32,000 bases of DNA from Psychrobacter cryohalolentis K5 (GCF_000013905.1 NC_007969.1:2280001-2312000), one strand, 5' to 3'. Numbered from the stretch's first letter, positions 9,530 to 19,965 are shown. A program made the numbers and translations. Notes: a model not told the origin generated them from the sequence alone.

Positions 9530-10636
9530 TTATTTTTTTTCAAACAATGCCAACTGCTTACGACCTTTATAAAAGTCAGTCGTTTGATAATGAGTATAAA
9601 AATGACGGAATAACACGTTCAAGACAGCAGACACTGGCAGCGCAATCAGCATACCAACGAAACCGAGCAAACTTGCACCTGCCAGTACCGAAAATATTAC
9701 CCATAATGGCGATAGACCAATTTTGTCGCCCAATAGTAGCGGTTGCAAGATATAGCCTTCGGCAGCTTGTCCAATCAAGAATGCGCCAGCAATCAAGGAT
9801 AAATACGTCCAATCTAGGCCAAACTGAAACAGACAGGCGATAATCGCGGCAACGAAGCCAATCCCAAAGCCCAAATACGGTACAAAGCTAGCAATACCTG
9901 CAACCATACCAATAATCAGCCCAAGCTCAAGCCCAATAAGCTGCAATTGCACAGCATAAATAGCACCTAGTAAGACCATCACCAATAGCTGACCTTTAAT
10001 AAAAGCCATCAACGCACGGTCACACTCTTGCGCAATTTGAATCACTTTTTTACAGTATGGCGCAGGTATCGCCATTTTCCATGTATGTAAGCGTTGCTCC
10101 CAATTAAATAAGAAATAAAAGGTCAAAATCGGCACCAGTACAATCAGCCCAGCATTATTGATAAAGTTCATGCTAGACGCCAGTATTTGGCTCATCATGG
10201 TACCGGCATCTTCAAACTTATAATTGGTTTGCATGTATTCAACCAAGGTCTCAGAGAAGCCTTTAGACTCAAGCTCTGGTAGACGAATACGGCTATTACT
10301 AGCAAACCATTCACGGACGACTTCATTATACCAAGTTAAAAGCTGTGGCAGATAATCCCATGCTGCTTGCAGCTGATGCCACAATGTCGGTATCAACCAC
10401 CAGAGTAGTAGCACCATACTCAACGTAATCGTCGAATACACAATAATAATGGCAATCCAACGTTTGATATATTTTGATAAGCGTTTGACCAATGGATTAA
10501 ACAAATAAGCCAATACAAAAGCAAAGACAAACGGCACAATGACCGGCATCATTAAATACAATAAAACCATAGCCACAACAATAGCAACGACGATAAATAG
10601 GCGTCGAAAAAAGGGGTCTATTGATTGGTTTGTCAT
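9530..10636 (-). CDS. AI-2E family transporter (PerM/YhhT-like permease)
   Basis: This 368-aa polytopic membrane protein has the AI-2E family pattern, including ...FVPYLG......A......F... and the G.LLG..GM..A.P C-terminal helices. Confidence 0.85.
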   Translation of the reverse strand: MTNQSIDPFFRRLFIVVAIVVAMVLLYLMMPVIVPFVFAFVLAYLFNPLVKRLSKYIKRWIAIIIVYSTITLSMVLLLWWLIPTLWHQLQAAWDYLPQLLTWYNEVVREWFASNSRIRLPELESKGFSETLVEYMQTNYKFEDAGTMMSQILASSMNFINNAGLIVLVPILTFYFLFNWEQRLHTWKMAIPAPYCKKVIQIAQECDRALMAFIKGQLLVMVLLGAIYAVQLQLIGLELGLIIGMVAGIASFVPYLGFGIGFVAAIIACLFQFGLDWTYLSLIAGAFLIGQAAEGYILQPLLLGDKIGLSPLWVIFSVLAGASLLGFVGMLIALPVSAVLNVLFRHFYTHYQTTDFYKGRKQLALFEKK

Positions 10637-10885
10637 GAAGGCTAGTCCTACGAATGGGCTTATTTAAAAGAGTGATTTGATTTAAAGTTGATGATAGATC
10701 TTATTGAACGACAACATTCCAATAGCAAACAGTTATTGACCATAATTTTAGCCTTCTATTATCGCAGAGTCCTATAAAAAAGCCGTCATTTTTTGTTTCT
10801 TAATTTTCATGTCATCTTTATTGCCGTCTTTCTGAAATATTAGATAGATATCAAGCAAATTTAGGTCAAATAAAAGCAAGTTGTT

Positions 10886-10915
10886 TTGCGAGTAAGGGTG
10901 ATTTTTGGGTATAAT
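10886..10915 (+). promoter_or_regulatory. Candidate sigma70 promoter for purMN
   Basis: TTGCGA (10886-10891), an 18-bp spacer, then a perfect TATAAT (10910-10915), about 80 nt upstream of purM. This is pattern only. Confidence 0.3.
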
Positions 10916-10993
10916 GCGCGCACAATCTGCAAAATTCATATGACCGACACGCGTTTTTACTGACTGACCTTCATTCCCTATAAAATTTGTGAG

Positions 10994-12049
10994 ATGACCA
11001 TGAGTAACAAGCCTTCTTTAAGCTACAAAGATGCTGGCGTTGATATTGATGCTGGCGATGCGTTGGTGCAACGTATTAAATCCGTGGCAAAAGCCACCTC
11101 ACGTCCTGAAGTGGTGGGCGGACTTGGCGGCTTTGGGGCGCTTTGTCGCATTCCGACTGGTTACACCTCACCGTTATTAGTTTCGGGTACTGACGGTGTC
11201 GGCACTAAGCTTAAACTGGCATTACAATTGAATCGACATGACACCATTGGTATCGACTTGGTCGCTATGTGTGTCAACGACTTATTGGTTTGCGGTGCTG
11301 AGCCTTTGTTTTTCTTAGACTACTATGCAACTGGTAAGCTTGACGTCGATGTTGCAGCTACTGTTGTTACGGGTATAGGTGAAGGCTGTAAATTATCAAA
11401 TTGCGCGCTTATCGGCGGCGAAACGGCTGAGATGCCAGGCATGTATCAGGACGACGATTATGACCTAGCGGGATTCTGCGTCGGTGTGGTTGAAGAAGCA
11501 GAAGTCATCACTGGCGAAAACGTGGCTGAAGGCGATGTATTAATTGCTCTTGCCTCAAGTGGCGCGCATTCCAATGGCTACTCATTGGTACGTAAAGTCA
11601 TTGAAGTCAGCGGTGTGGATGTGACTAGTAGCAATGAGCAGCTAGATGGTCAGTCTATCCAAGATGCCTTGATGGCACCGACCCGTATTTATGTTAAAGC
11701 GATTAAAGCGCTACAAGATACCCTTGGTAGCTCAGCCCTACATGCGATGTCACATATTACTGGCGGCGGCTTAACCGATAACCTGCCACGTGTATTACCT
11801 GAAACGCTAGCCGCTAGCATCGATACGAATAGCTGGCAGTTCTCAGAGCTATTCACTTGGTTACAAAACCAAGGTAATATCGAGCAAAGCGAGATGTATC
11901 GTACCTTTAACTGCGGCGTTGGGTTTGTTATCGTCGTACCCAAAGATAAAGCCGAAGCTGCTATCCAAACCTTGAATGATGCTGGCGAAAAAGCATGGAA
12001 ATTAGGTGAAATGGTCAAGCGCGAAGCGGATGCTGTGGTGTACCGTTAA
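10994..12049 (+). CDS. purM: Phosphoribosylformylglycinamidine cyclo-ligase (AIR synthetase)
   Basis: Motifs: [58 protein letters not shown]. The start is ATG 10994 or 11000. The stop TAA overlaps the purN ATG by 1 nt (TAATG at 12047-12051). Confidence 0.95.
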   Translation: MTMSNKPSLSYKDAGVDIDAGDALVQRIKSVAKATSRPEVVGGLGGFGALCRIPTGYTSPLLVSGTDGVGTKLKLALQLNRHDTIGIDLVAMCVNDLLVCGAEPLFFLDYYATGKLDVDVAATVVTGIGEGCKLSNCALIGGETAEMPGMYQDDDYDLAGFCVGVVEEAEVITGENVAEGDVLIALASSGAHSNGYSLVRKVIEVSGVDVTSSNEQLDGQSIQDALMAPTRIYVKAIKALQDTLGSSALHAMSHITGGGLTDNLPRVLPETLAASIDTNSWQFSELFTWLQNQGNIEQSEMYRTFNCGVGFVIVVPKDKAEAAIQTLNDAGEKAWKLGEMVKREADAVVYR

Positions 12050-12741
12050 TGCTAGCCAATAACACCAGTCATGCCAACAAACCATTACGCATTGCCGTTT
12101 TGGTATCTGGTAGCGGTAGCAACTTACAAGTATTGATTGATGCTATGCAAGCTGGTGCGCTACCAATTGAGATTGTCGGCGTTATTAGTAACCGTGAAGA
12201 CGCTTATGCCATCACACGGGCAAAAGATGCTGACATTCCAGTGGCGGTCTTATCTCACGTTGCTAGTGGCAAACGCATGGGAATCAAAACTTTTGAGAGT
12301 CATGCCAGCGCCCAACTAACCACATGGCAACCTGACTTGATTGTGTTAGCTGGTTTTATGCGTGTTTTAAGTGCTGGTTTTATTGATAACACGCCAGCAC
12401 CAATGATTAATCTGCATCCTGCACTCTTGCCTGCTTATAAAGGTTTGGATACTCATCAGCGTGTCATTCAAGCAGGTGAGCGTCAGCACGGCTGTAGCAT
12501 TCATGTCGTTACCGCTGAGCTCGATGCAGGTGCTGTTTTGACCCAAGCCTGGCTAGAAGTGCATCAAAAAGATACTGCTGACAGTTTGCAAACGCGCGTG
12601 CAAAAGCTTGAACATCAGCTGTTACCTTGGACAATTTTGTTATTAGCCAAAGGTGTATTGTCGTTGAATAACGAGCAATTATTAAATCAGCAGCGCACCT
12701 GTATGCCGACGCTACCTTTGAAGCTATATTTAAACAGTTAA
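12049..12741 (+). CDS. purN: Phosphoribosylglycinamide formyltransferase
   Basis: Motifs: RIAVLVSGSGSNLQ.LIDA, LIVLAGFMR.L, INLHPALLPAYKGL.TH.R..., HGCSIH.V...LD.G. It is translationally coupled to purM. Confidence 0.93.
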   Translation: MLANNTSHANKPLRIAVLVSGSGSNLQVLIDAMQAGALPIEIVGVISNREDAYAITRAKDADIPVAVLSHVASGKRMGIKTFESHASAQLTTWQPDLIVLAGFMRVLSAGFIDNTPAPMINLHPALLPAYKGLDTHQRVIQAGERQHGCSIHVVTAELDAGAVLTQAWLEVHQKDTADSLQTRVQKLEHQLLPWTILLLAKGVLSLNNEQLLNQQRTCMPTLPLKLYLNS

Positions 12742-12791
12742 AGCAATGGCAACAAGCAAAGAAAAGTAGCACTCATTTCAAACTATCGACC

Positions 12792-12833
12792 AAAAAAAGC
12801 CCAGTCACTCAATTTATGAATGACTGGGCTTTT
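12792..12833. terminator. Bidirectional rho-independent terminator (purN + / aldehyde dehydrogenase -)
   Basis: An A7 run is followed by AGCCCAGTCA (12798-12807), which pairs with TGACTGGGCT (12821-12830). The stem extends to about 14 bp with one mismatch, and TTT follows. Confidence 0.8.
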
Positions 12834-12881
12834 CGCTACTTAAACCTTAAAGTATTGTAACTTTAAAATCTGTACGTATTC

Positions 12882-14261
12882 TTAACTGTTATGAACGTGT
12901 ACACCTTTGATGTTTACGAACTCTTTAATACCGAAACCACCATGCTCGCGACCATGACCCGAGTTTTTCACGCCACCAAAGGGTAATGCTGGATTTGCAA
13001 GGCCATAACCATTGATATAGACCATACCCGTATCAAACTGCTCATTGGCTAGGCGAATCGCTTTTTCTTCGTCTTTAGAGAAGATAGCGCCACCTAAGCC
13101 ATAACGGCTGTCGTTAGCAATACGTAACGCATCGTCTTGATCTTTAGCACGTATTAGTGATGCTACTGGACCAAATAGCTCATCATCGTAAGCTGGCTGA
13201 CCTTTTTCAACATTTTCCAAAATAGTCGCTGGATAGAAGCTCCCTTTACCTTCTGGTAATTTACCACCAACAGAGATAGTAGCGCCTTTGCTTACGCTCT
13301 CCTCTACTTGCGCATGCAATTTTTCTTGCAGATCTTTACGCGCTAATGGACCAAGATCAGAGCTGTCATCCATAGGATCGCCGGCTTTTTTACTTGCAAA
13401 CTCTTCAACAATGCGCTTACGGAACTCGTCATATAAACTGTCGACAACGATAAAGCGTTTTGCAGCAACACAAGTTTCGCCATTATTTATCAGACGCGCT
13501 AAAGTACAAGTTTGTACGGCAAGCTCTAAGTCAGCATCTTCTAAAACGATAAATGCATCATTTGAACCCAACTCTAAGACTGCTTTTTTGATTGCTTTTG
13601 CTGCTTGCTGACCGACAATGCTACCTGCACCATCACTACCAGTAAGCGTCACACCGCGTACTTTATCATTACCAATTAACTTTTCTGACTGATCATGATC
13701 AATGAGAATCGTACGGAACAAATCGTTCGGTAAGTCAGACTCATGGAAGATTTTTTCAATTAATAAGCCAGAACCAGTCACATTTGCTGCGTGCTTAAGC
13801 AAAATACTGTTACCTGCCATCAAATTGGCGATGGTATAACGGAACACTTGATAAGCTGGAAAGTTCCAAGGCTGCATACCGTAGATAACGCCAATGGGCT
13901 GATAAGTGACAATACCTTTTTTGAGACCTTCGATGTCACGTTCATCATCAGCAAGCGCGGCCACACCCTTCTCTGCGGTGTAATCACAAATCGCTTTACA
14001 CAGATCAATTTCTTGTAGACTCTGACTATATAGTTTACCGCGCTCCTCAGTCATAAGACGAGACAGCTCCTCTTTGTACTTCATCAAGGTCTCGCCAATA
14101 GAGTTAATAACCTTCGCACGCTCTTTATGGCTAGTTTTACGCCATTCTAGAAACGCTTGGTGCGAGGCTTCAACAATGTTGTTGACCTCATCATTACTCA
14201 TATAATTATATTCTTTAATGTCTTCGCCTGTTGCTGGGTTTACAGTAGTAATATCTGCCAT
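12882..14261 (-). CDS. NAD(P)-dependent aldehyde dehydrogenase, succinate-semialdehyde dehydrogenase (Sad/YneI/GabD1-like) subgroup
   Basis: 459 aa. It has the ALDH motifs LELGSNDAFIV (Glu active-site block), NNGETCVAAKRF (catalytic Cys) and PFGG.K.SG.GRE. The N-terminal INPATGE-like start (VNPATGEDI) is typical of the SSADH-like clade. Substrate assignment is an inference. Confidence 0.8.
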   Translation of the reverse strand: MADITTVNPATGEDIKEYNYMSNDEVNNIVEASHQAFLEWRKTSHKERAKVINSIGETLMKYKEELSRLMTEERGKLYSQSLQEIDLCKAICDYTAEKGVAALADDERDIEGLKKGIVTYQPIGVIYGMQPWNFPAYQVFRYTIANLMAGNSILLKHAANVTGSGLLIEKIFHESDLPNDLFRTILIDHDQSEKLIGNDKVRGVTLTGSDGAGSIVGQQAAKAIKKAVLELGSNDAFIVLEDADLELAVQTCTLARLINNGETCVAAKRFIVVDSLYDEFRKRIVEEFASKKAGDPMDDSSDLGPLARKDLQEKLHAQVEESVSKGATISVGGKLPEGKGSFYPATILENVEKGQPAYDDELFGPVASLIRAKDQDDALRIANDSRYGLGGAIFSKDEEKAIRLANEQFDTGMVYINGYGLANPALPFGGVKNSGHGREHGGFGIKEFVNIKGVHVHNS

Positions 14262-14522
14262 GATTATTATCCTTATTTATTAGAGTTTCTTTAGTCTATA
14301 AAACAACCTATTGCTAACAGCTCAACTTTATAGAAAAACTTAACAATAGATATTTTATTCATCATTTTTCTTAATGTTTGACTATCATAACAAAGTGCTT
14401 GGTGAGTAGGTTTACAAGTTATAAAGAATTGTGCGTAAGATGTTAAGAATGTGACGGTGTTATTAAGCAAACCTAAATCTTGTATAGAGCCTCTCATGCA
14501 GAGAGTTTTGACAATTTTAGAC

Positions 14523-14551
14523 AAATAAAAAACCAGCATGATGGCTGGTTT
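14523..14551 (-). terminator. Rho-independent terminator on the minus strand, 187 nt downstream of the LysR gene stop
   Basis: The minus strand reads AACCAGC-CATCAT-GCTGGTT followed by TTTTTATTT. The stem is at 14531-14537 / 14544-14550. There is no T-run on the plus-strand side. Confidence 0.5.
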
Positions 14552-14737
14552 GATATAGTCAGAGAAAAGTAATATCGATACATCAAGTACTGCTGATATT
14601 AATTTTTCTTGCTTGCTGTGCCTATGCAGACAGAGGCTGCAAAAAATTTATACCAGCAGCACTGTAGCGTTTTTGAGATATTTTAACTATACATAATTGA
14701 GCTTTAGAAGACCATATACAGTTGTACAATAAACAAC

Positions 14738-15727
14738 CTAAAATAAGTGATTGATCACAGGGATTTCTTGTGGTGGATTTTCTTCATCATTAACGATTTG
14801 ACGTGCTACGTGCATAATCAGCTGACGTAACCAGCGATGCGCCGGATGATGCTGCAATAACGGCGACCACGCCATCGTTAGCTCAAATTCTGGTATAAAA
14901 AACGGTGGCTCTTCCATAATAATGCTGTCGTTATTAGCCTGCATTTTTGCGACACGAGTCGGCAAAGTCGCAATCAAATCTTTGTTTGCGGCCAGCATAG
15001 CAGGCATCTGATAGTGACGGGTAAAGACGCTGATTTGACGTTTTTGACCTAAACGCTGCAACGCTTGATCGATAGAACCTAAGCCACCAGATTTTTCTGG
15101 ATTGACACCGAAGCCCACGCCCATACCAGTTTTTGATACCCAAACGTGCTGCGCTTTAAGATAGTTTTTGAGATTAAAGCGATGAGCATAAGGACTTTCA
15201 GAGGATAACAGGCAGCTAAAGGTATCACGCCATACCAACACTTGATGGAAGCTTTGCGGGATCTCGTTAAAGCGGTTGATTGCCAAATCTACACGCCCCT
15301 GCTCCATATCACGATAAGACACATCCGATGGCGTTAAGAAATCTAAAATGACATTGGGTGCCTCTGAGCGTAGCGCTTTCACCAATTTTGGTACCAAGGT
15401 CGCCTCAGCATAATCTGAGGTCATAATACGAAAAACGCGTGAGGTGCTATAAGGACGAAACTCAGTACGTGGCTCTAACACTTGTGTCAAATCGGCAAGT
15501 ATCTCACGGATACGAGGCTGTAATTCAAGGGCGCGCTCGGTCGGTGTCATCCCTTCTGATGAACGCACCAATAAAGGGTCGTTAAACAACTTACGCAAGC
15601 GGCGCAAAATATTACTCATCGCCGGCTGAGTAATGCCTAGCTGCTCAGCGGCGCGCGTTACGTTTTTTTCTCGCAACAAAACATCCAAATGTACCAATAA
15701 ATTTAAATCAACCCGCTGCAAATTCAT
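14738..15727 (-). CDS. LysR-family transcriptional regulator
   Basis: The N-terminal wHTH is MNLQRVDLNLLVHLDVLLREKNVTRAAEQLGITQPAMSNILRRLR, of the NodD/LeuO-like subtype. A LysR substrate-binding domain follows. Confidence 0.9.
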   Translation of the reverse strand: MNLQRVDLNLLVHLDVLLREKNVTRAAEQLGITQPAMSNILRRLRKLFNDPLLVRSSEGMTPTERALELQPRIREILADLTQVLEPRTEFRPYSTSRVFRIMTSDYAEATLVPKLVKALRSEAPNVILDFLTPSDVSYRDMEQGRVDLAINRFNEIPQSFHQVLVWRDTFSCLLSSESPYAHRFNLKNYLKAQHVWVSKTGMGVGFGVNPEKSGGLGSIDQALQRLGQKRQISVFTRHYQMPAMLAANKDLIATLPTRVAKMQANNDSIIMEEPPFFIPEFELTMAWSPLLQHHPAHRWLRQLIMHVARQIVNDEENPPQEIPVINHLF

Positions 15728-16420
15728 ATATGTGTCTCTTTATCTTAGAATAAATACCATCATAAACGTGATATTTTCTATCCTATCATTTATTGCAATT
15801 CATCCCTAACAGCATGATATAAGGATATTTTTATGTTAATTATTTTGGAATATGCTTATTATAACTGAATCTACCCATCACAAGCCATTGTTTTATATAT
15901 ACTATAATTAAACGAAATACCCAAGATAACAATCATAAACTAGATAAATCAAGGTAACCTAGCTATAGTGGCTAGCAAGCGCTCATTAGAGACTATTCAA
16001 CATTAGACTGTTAATACATATATCAATGAATAAGTTACTAAGTGCATTTTATCGTATTTTCATGCTGAAATACGGACATAAAATTTATAACAGCATCTTA
16101 TAGAAACTTAGTTTTTTGTGCTTATTTTTCAGCCTTGGACAAATATCTTATACGCTTTAAGGTAATAGTTACTTCAGTAGCAAAACATACTTATAAAACA
16201 ACCAATTAACTCTGAAATGATTGTTCAAAAAAGAGACTTAAAAATAAAAGCTGACCAAAGAGACAGGTTTTAATTGCTTTTATCACCATTTTCTTATAGT
16301 TTAGTAGAGACTGCTCACGGAAGAAGCTTATATTTCAAATTTTTACTTCTGCCAGCATCTTTCTATATAGACCAAAATTATTTTAATTTACTTATTTATT
16401 CACCACCAAGGAGACTATAG

Positions 16421-18007
16421 ATGTCAACTGCATATAAATCAGCGATCGATTTAGTACGTGAACTAAAACAGAAACACGGTAACTGGCAGAACATCAGCGA
16501 AACTGATGCGGCACGTATGATGGCACAAAACCGCTTCAAAACAGGTTTAGATATTGCTAAGTACACCGCAAAAATTATGCGTCAAGACATGGAAGAGTAT
16601 GACAATGACACGTCTCAATACACCCAGTCTCTAGGTGCATGGCATGGTTTTGTTGCACAGCAAACCATGTATGCGAAGAAAAAATATTTTGGCACAACAT
16701 CTAAAACTTACATCTACCTATCTGGTTGGATGGTAGCAGCTCTACGTTCTGAGTTTGGTCCTCTGCCTGACCAATCTATGCACGAAAAAACGTCTGTACC
16801 TAAGCTGATTGCAGAGATCTACACTTTCTTGCGTCAAGCAGATGCAAAAGTATTGAACGATTATTTCCGCGAGCTAAACGCTGCTGAAGAAGCGGGTCAA
16901 GACACCTCAGCTATCTTAGAAAAAATCGAAAACTTTGATTCACATGTTGTGCCAATCATTGCAGATATCGATGCAGGTTTCGGTAACGAAGAAGCAACGT
17001 ATCTATTGACCAAACAAATGATTGAAGCGGGTGCTTGTGCCATTCAGGTTGAAAACCAAGTATCTGATGCCAAGCAATGTGGTCACCAAGCGGGTAAAGT
17101 TACCGTACCGCATGAAGACTTCATCTCTAAAATAAACGCGATTCGTTATGCATTCTTAGAGCTTGGTGTTGAAGACGGTGTTATCGTTGCTCGTACTGAC
17201 TCTGAAGGCGCGTCATTAACGCAAAAAATCCCAGTATCAAATGAGCCAGGCGATCTTGCTTCTCAGTACATCGATTTTATCGAGATGGAAGAAGTCACGC
17301 TAGAAAACGCCAAAGAGAACGACAGCTTACTTAAGCATAACGGCAAATTAGTACGTCCAGTTCGTTTGCCTAACGGTTTATATCAGTTCCGTGAAGACAC
17401 CAACATCGATCGCGTGGTCCTTGACTGTGTAACTGCTCTAGAAAACGGCGCTGATCTACTATGGATCGAAACACCGACTCCAGACGTAGCACACATCAAA
17501 ATGATGGTTGACCGTATTAAAGAGCAACAGCCAAAAGCCAAGCTTGTATACAACAACAGCCCATCGTTCAACTGGACGCTGAACTTCCGTAAGCAAATCA
17601 TCGCTCAGTGGGAAGAAGAAGGTAAAGACCTATCTGCCTATAATAAAGCTGACTTGATGAGTGCTGATTACGATGGTACTGAGCTTGATACAGCAGCTGA
17701 CGAAGCGGCTAGAAACTTCCAACGCGATGCAGCACGTGAAGCAGGTGTATTCCATCACTTAATCACGCTACCTACTTATCACACCACGGCTCTTAGCGTT
17801 CATGAACTTGCTAAAGGCTACTTCGGTGAAGATGGTATGCTTGCTTATGCAGCTGGCGTACAACGTAAAGAAATCCGTGAAGGCATCGCTTGTGTTAAAC
17901 ACCAAGCAATGGCGGGTTCTGACCTTGGTGATGATCATAAAGAGATCTTCTCTGGTGAAAACGCCCTTAAAGCTGGCGGCGGCAAGAACACGATGAACCA
18001 GTTCTAA
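16421..18007 (+). CDS. aceA: Isocitrate lyase (long, ~530-aa Pseudomonas/Acinetobacter-type)
   Basis: The ICL signature K-x-CGH is present as AKQCGHQAGK, and DIDAGFGN is the Mg-binding block. Length is 528 aa. A strong SD, AAGGAG at 16408-16413, sits 7 nt before the ATG. Confidence 0.93.
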   Translation: MSTAYKSAIDLVRELKQKHGNWQNISETDAARMMAQNRFKTGLDIAKYTAKIMRQDMEEYDNDTSQYTQSLGAWHGFVAQQTMYAKKKYFGTTSKTYIYLSGWMVAALRSEFGPLPDQSMHEKTSVPKLIAEIYTFLRQADAKVLNDYFRELNAAEEAGQDTSAILEKIENFDSHVVPIIADIDAGFGNEEATYLLTKQMIEAGACAIQVENQVSDAKQCGHQAGKVTVPHEDFISKINAIRYAFLELGVEDGVIVARTDSEGASLTQKIPVSNEPGDLASQYIDFIEMEEVTLENAKENDSLLKHNGKLVRPVRLPNGLYQFREDTNIDRVVLDCVTALENGADLLWIETPTPDVAHIKMMVDRIKEQQPKAKLVYNNSPSFNWTLNFRKQIIAQWEEEGKDLSAYNKADLMSADYDGTELDTAADEAARNFQRDAAREAGVFHHLITLPTYHTTALSVHELAKGYFGEDGMLAYAAGVQRKEIREGIACVKHQAMAGSDLGDDHKEIFSGENALKAGGGKNTMNQF

Positions 18008-18051
18008 TGTCCGACCACTTATAAGTACATTTTATAAGTAAAAGTTTTGAG

Positions 18052-18085
18052 AAAAGCCGTCCTACATGGTAGGGCGGCTTTTTTG
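18052..18085 (+). terminator. Rho-independent terminator of aceA
   Basis: AAAAGCCGTCCTAC-ATG-GTAGGGCGGCTTTTTT gives a GC-rich stem with one G-U pair, followed by T6. Confidence 0.8.
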
Positions 18086-18276
18086 TGCGCTATAAATAAC
18101 GATATCTACCCAAATAACAGAGCTATTCAGTCACTGTTTTAATTAACTGATGTTCATTTACTCAATAATTATTTGGCTCGATTTAGCCAACCAAAACGAA
18201 AGTTTTACTTGTTATTCACTGATAGCTTTCATACGATGGTAATAATATAAATTTATTAAAACAATCAGGAGCCATC

Positions 18277-19833
18277 ATGCAAGAAATAGAGCTGAAATTC
18301 TTGGTACCAGAGTCGCGATTAAAGGGTCTTATGCGCCAAGCGAAAGTCAAATCATCACAAGTAACACAACTGGCTGCGCATTATTATGACACCCCTGACC
18401 AGCAGCTTGCACAGGCTGGTATTGGCCTGCGTATTCGTCAGGAGGGTGATGCTTGGGTGCAAACTATCAAAGCGGGTGGCGATGGTATTGCAGCGCGCCT
18501 AGAGCACAATGCCACATTAGATAATGAGCAGGTACAAAACATGCTCGAAAATAACGCGCTGATGCCTGATTTAACGATTTATAAAGATAGCCTTATTGCC
18601 CCAGCATTGACAGATTTTAAGCTCAAAAAACTGGCTAAAAAACTGACCCGTTTATATGTGACTGATGTAGAGCGTACTACCCGCTTATTGATAGAAGATA
18701 CGAGCGATGAAGTCGTTAACAGTATTGAGATGGCTTACGACTATGGAGAAATTATCCATGGTACTGATGATACTCAAAGAGATGCCATTCAAGAAGTTGA
18801 ATTTGAGCTCATAGCAGGTGAGTTAGATTTTTTATTTACGACGGCTAAAACATGGTGTCAGCGTCATAAACTGTGCCTTTCTACCGTCACTAAAGCCGAG
18901 CGTGGTGGCTTACTTATTAAGGGACAAAATTATAGCTCAGCCACTGCTGCTGACTTGAGCACCCTTAGTATCAATAAAAAAATCACTATGCCTGCTTTTT
19001 TACGCGCTGTCGTGCATAACTGCTTATTGCAAATACTCCCAAATAGCAGCGCCATCGTGGCAGGCAGTAAAGACAATGATCACATTTTACAGCTATCTAT
19101 CGGTATAGAGCGCTTGCACACTGTACTACAAGCATTTGATAGCTTCTCAGATGAAATCAATCCGGATTGGTCAGCCATACTGCAACAAACTGCTACTTTA
19201 CTCGCTGATTATCGTAAGCTTGCTCATCTTAGTAATCATATTGAACCAATGTTACAACAGCACGGTGCACCTATCGTTGATTGGACAGCGGATATTGATG
19301 CTATCAAAATTACACCAGTGACTGCAATCAGTGCTAACGACTTCCAGATCATGTTGCTTGAGCTCATCGCCTTTACTATGAGCGACCCTAGTCTTGAGCC
19401 TCAAACAGATAAGCTGGCTATCAATAAGCTTGAAAAAGTACTTATTAAATACTATGACAAATTACTTGAAGCTGAGCAATATTTAGAGGACAGCTATGAT
19501 GATTCAGATAGTGAGTTAGAGAAAGAATCCATCATAAAAGCATTGCATAACCTACATGCTCATCTAAAAAATCTATGTTCTATCAGCGAATTAGTAGCAC
19601 CTTTGTATAGCAAAAAGAAAACCAAGCGCTGGCTAAAACGTGCCGTAAAAGCACAGAAAGCACTGGGTCAACAGCTCAATATGATTGACTGTCAGCAGTA
19701 CTATCAATGTAAAGCCAGCTCTGACTCTGCTGCTTTATATGCGGCAGGCTGGTTAAATGCTGCTTCGATACCAATCGAAAAAGCCACAGAAAAACATTTG
19801 GATAAATTTTATGATTGCTCTGTATTTTGGTAA
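18277..19833 (+). CDS. CYTH domain + CHAD domain protein (YgiF-like triphosphate tunnel metalloenzyme)
   Basis: The N-terminus MQEIELKFLV carries the CYTH ExExK signature, followed by LRIR and EVEFEL strands. The long, helical C-terminal half is consistent with a CHAD domain. SD AGGAG lies at 18266-18270. Confidence 0.8.
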   Translation: MQEIELKFLVPESRLKGLMRQAKVKSSQVTQLAAHYYDTPDQQLAQAGIGLRIRQEGDAWVQTIKAGGDGIAARLEHNATLDNEQVQNMLENNALMPDLTIYKDSLIAPALTDFKLKKLAKKLTRLYVTDVERTTRLLIEDTSDEVVNSIEMAYDYGEIIHGTDDTQRDAIQEVEFELIAGELDFLFTTAKTWCQRHKLCLSTVTKAERGGLLIKGQNYSSATAADLSTLSINKKITMPAFLRAVVHNCLLQILPNSSAIVAGSKDNDHILQLSIGIERLHTVLQAFDSFSDEINPDWSAILQQTATLLADYRKLAHLSNHIEPMLQQHGAPIVDWTADIDAIKITPVTAISANDFQIMLLELIAFTMSDPSLEPQTDKLAINKLEKVLIKYYDKLLEAEQYLEDSYDDSDSELEKESIIKALHNLHAHLKNLCSISELVAPLYSKKKTKRWLKRAVKAQKALGQQLNMIDCQQYYQCKASSDSAALYAAGWLNAASIPIEKATEKHLDKFYDCSVFW

Positions 19834-19871
19834 TTGAGTATATTGTCATTTTATGTTTATCAATATTAGAG

Positions 19872-19906
19872 AAAAAGACAGCTCACTGAATAAGGGTTGT
19901 CTTTTT
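19872..19906. terminator. Weak bidirectional hairpin between the convergent CYTH-CHAD and YkuD genes
   Basis: AAAAAGACAGC pairs with GGTTGTCTTTTTT, giving a 7-bp stem that includes a G-U pair and a 13-nt loop. A and T runs flank it. Confidence 0.45.
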
Positions 19907-19965
19907 TATATCGTCGACTCAATTTATAATCCATACATTACTACTACAGCTACTTAATACTACTT

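Noticed and set aside
14291-14539. 82-aa ORF on the minus strand between the aldehyde dehydrogenase and the LysR gene
   Set aside because: Its start codon lies inside the stem-loop of the minus-strand terminator (ATGCTGGTTTTTTATTTG). The sequence is AT-driven (Phe/Ile/Lys/Leu-rich), has no SD and fills what should be the aldehyde dehydrogenase promoter region.
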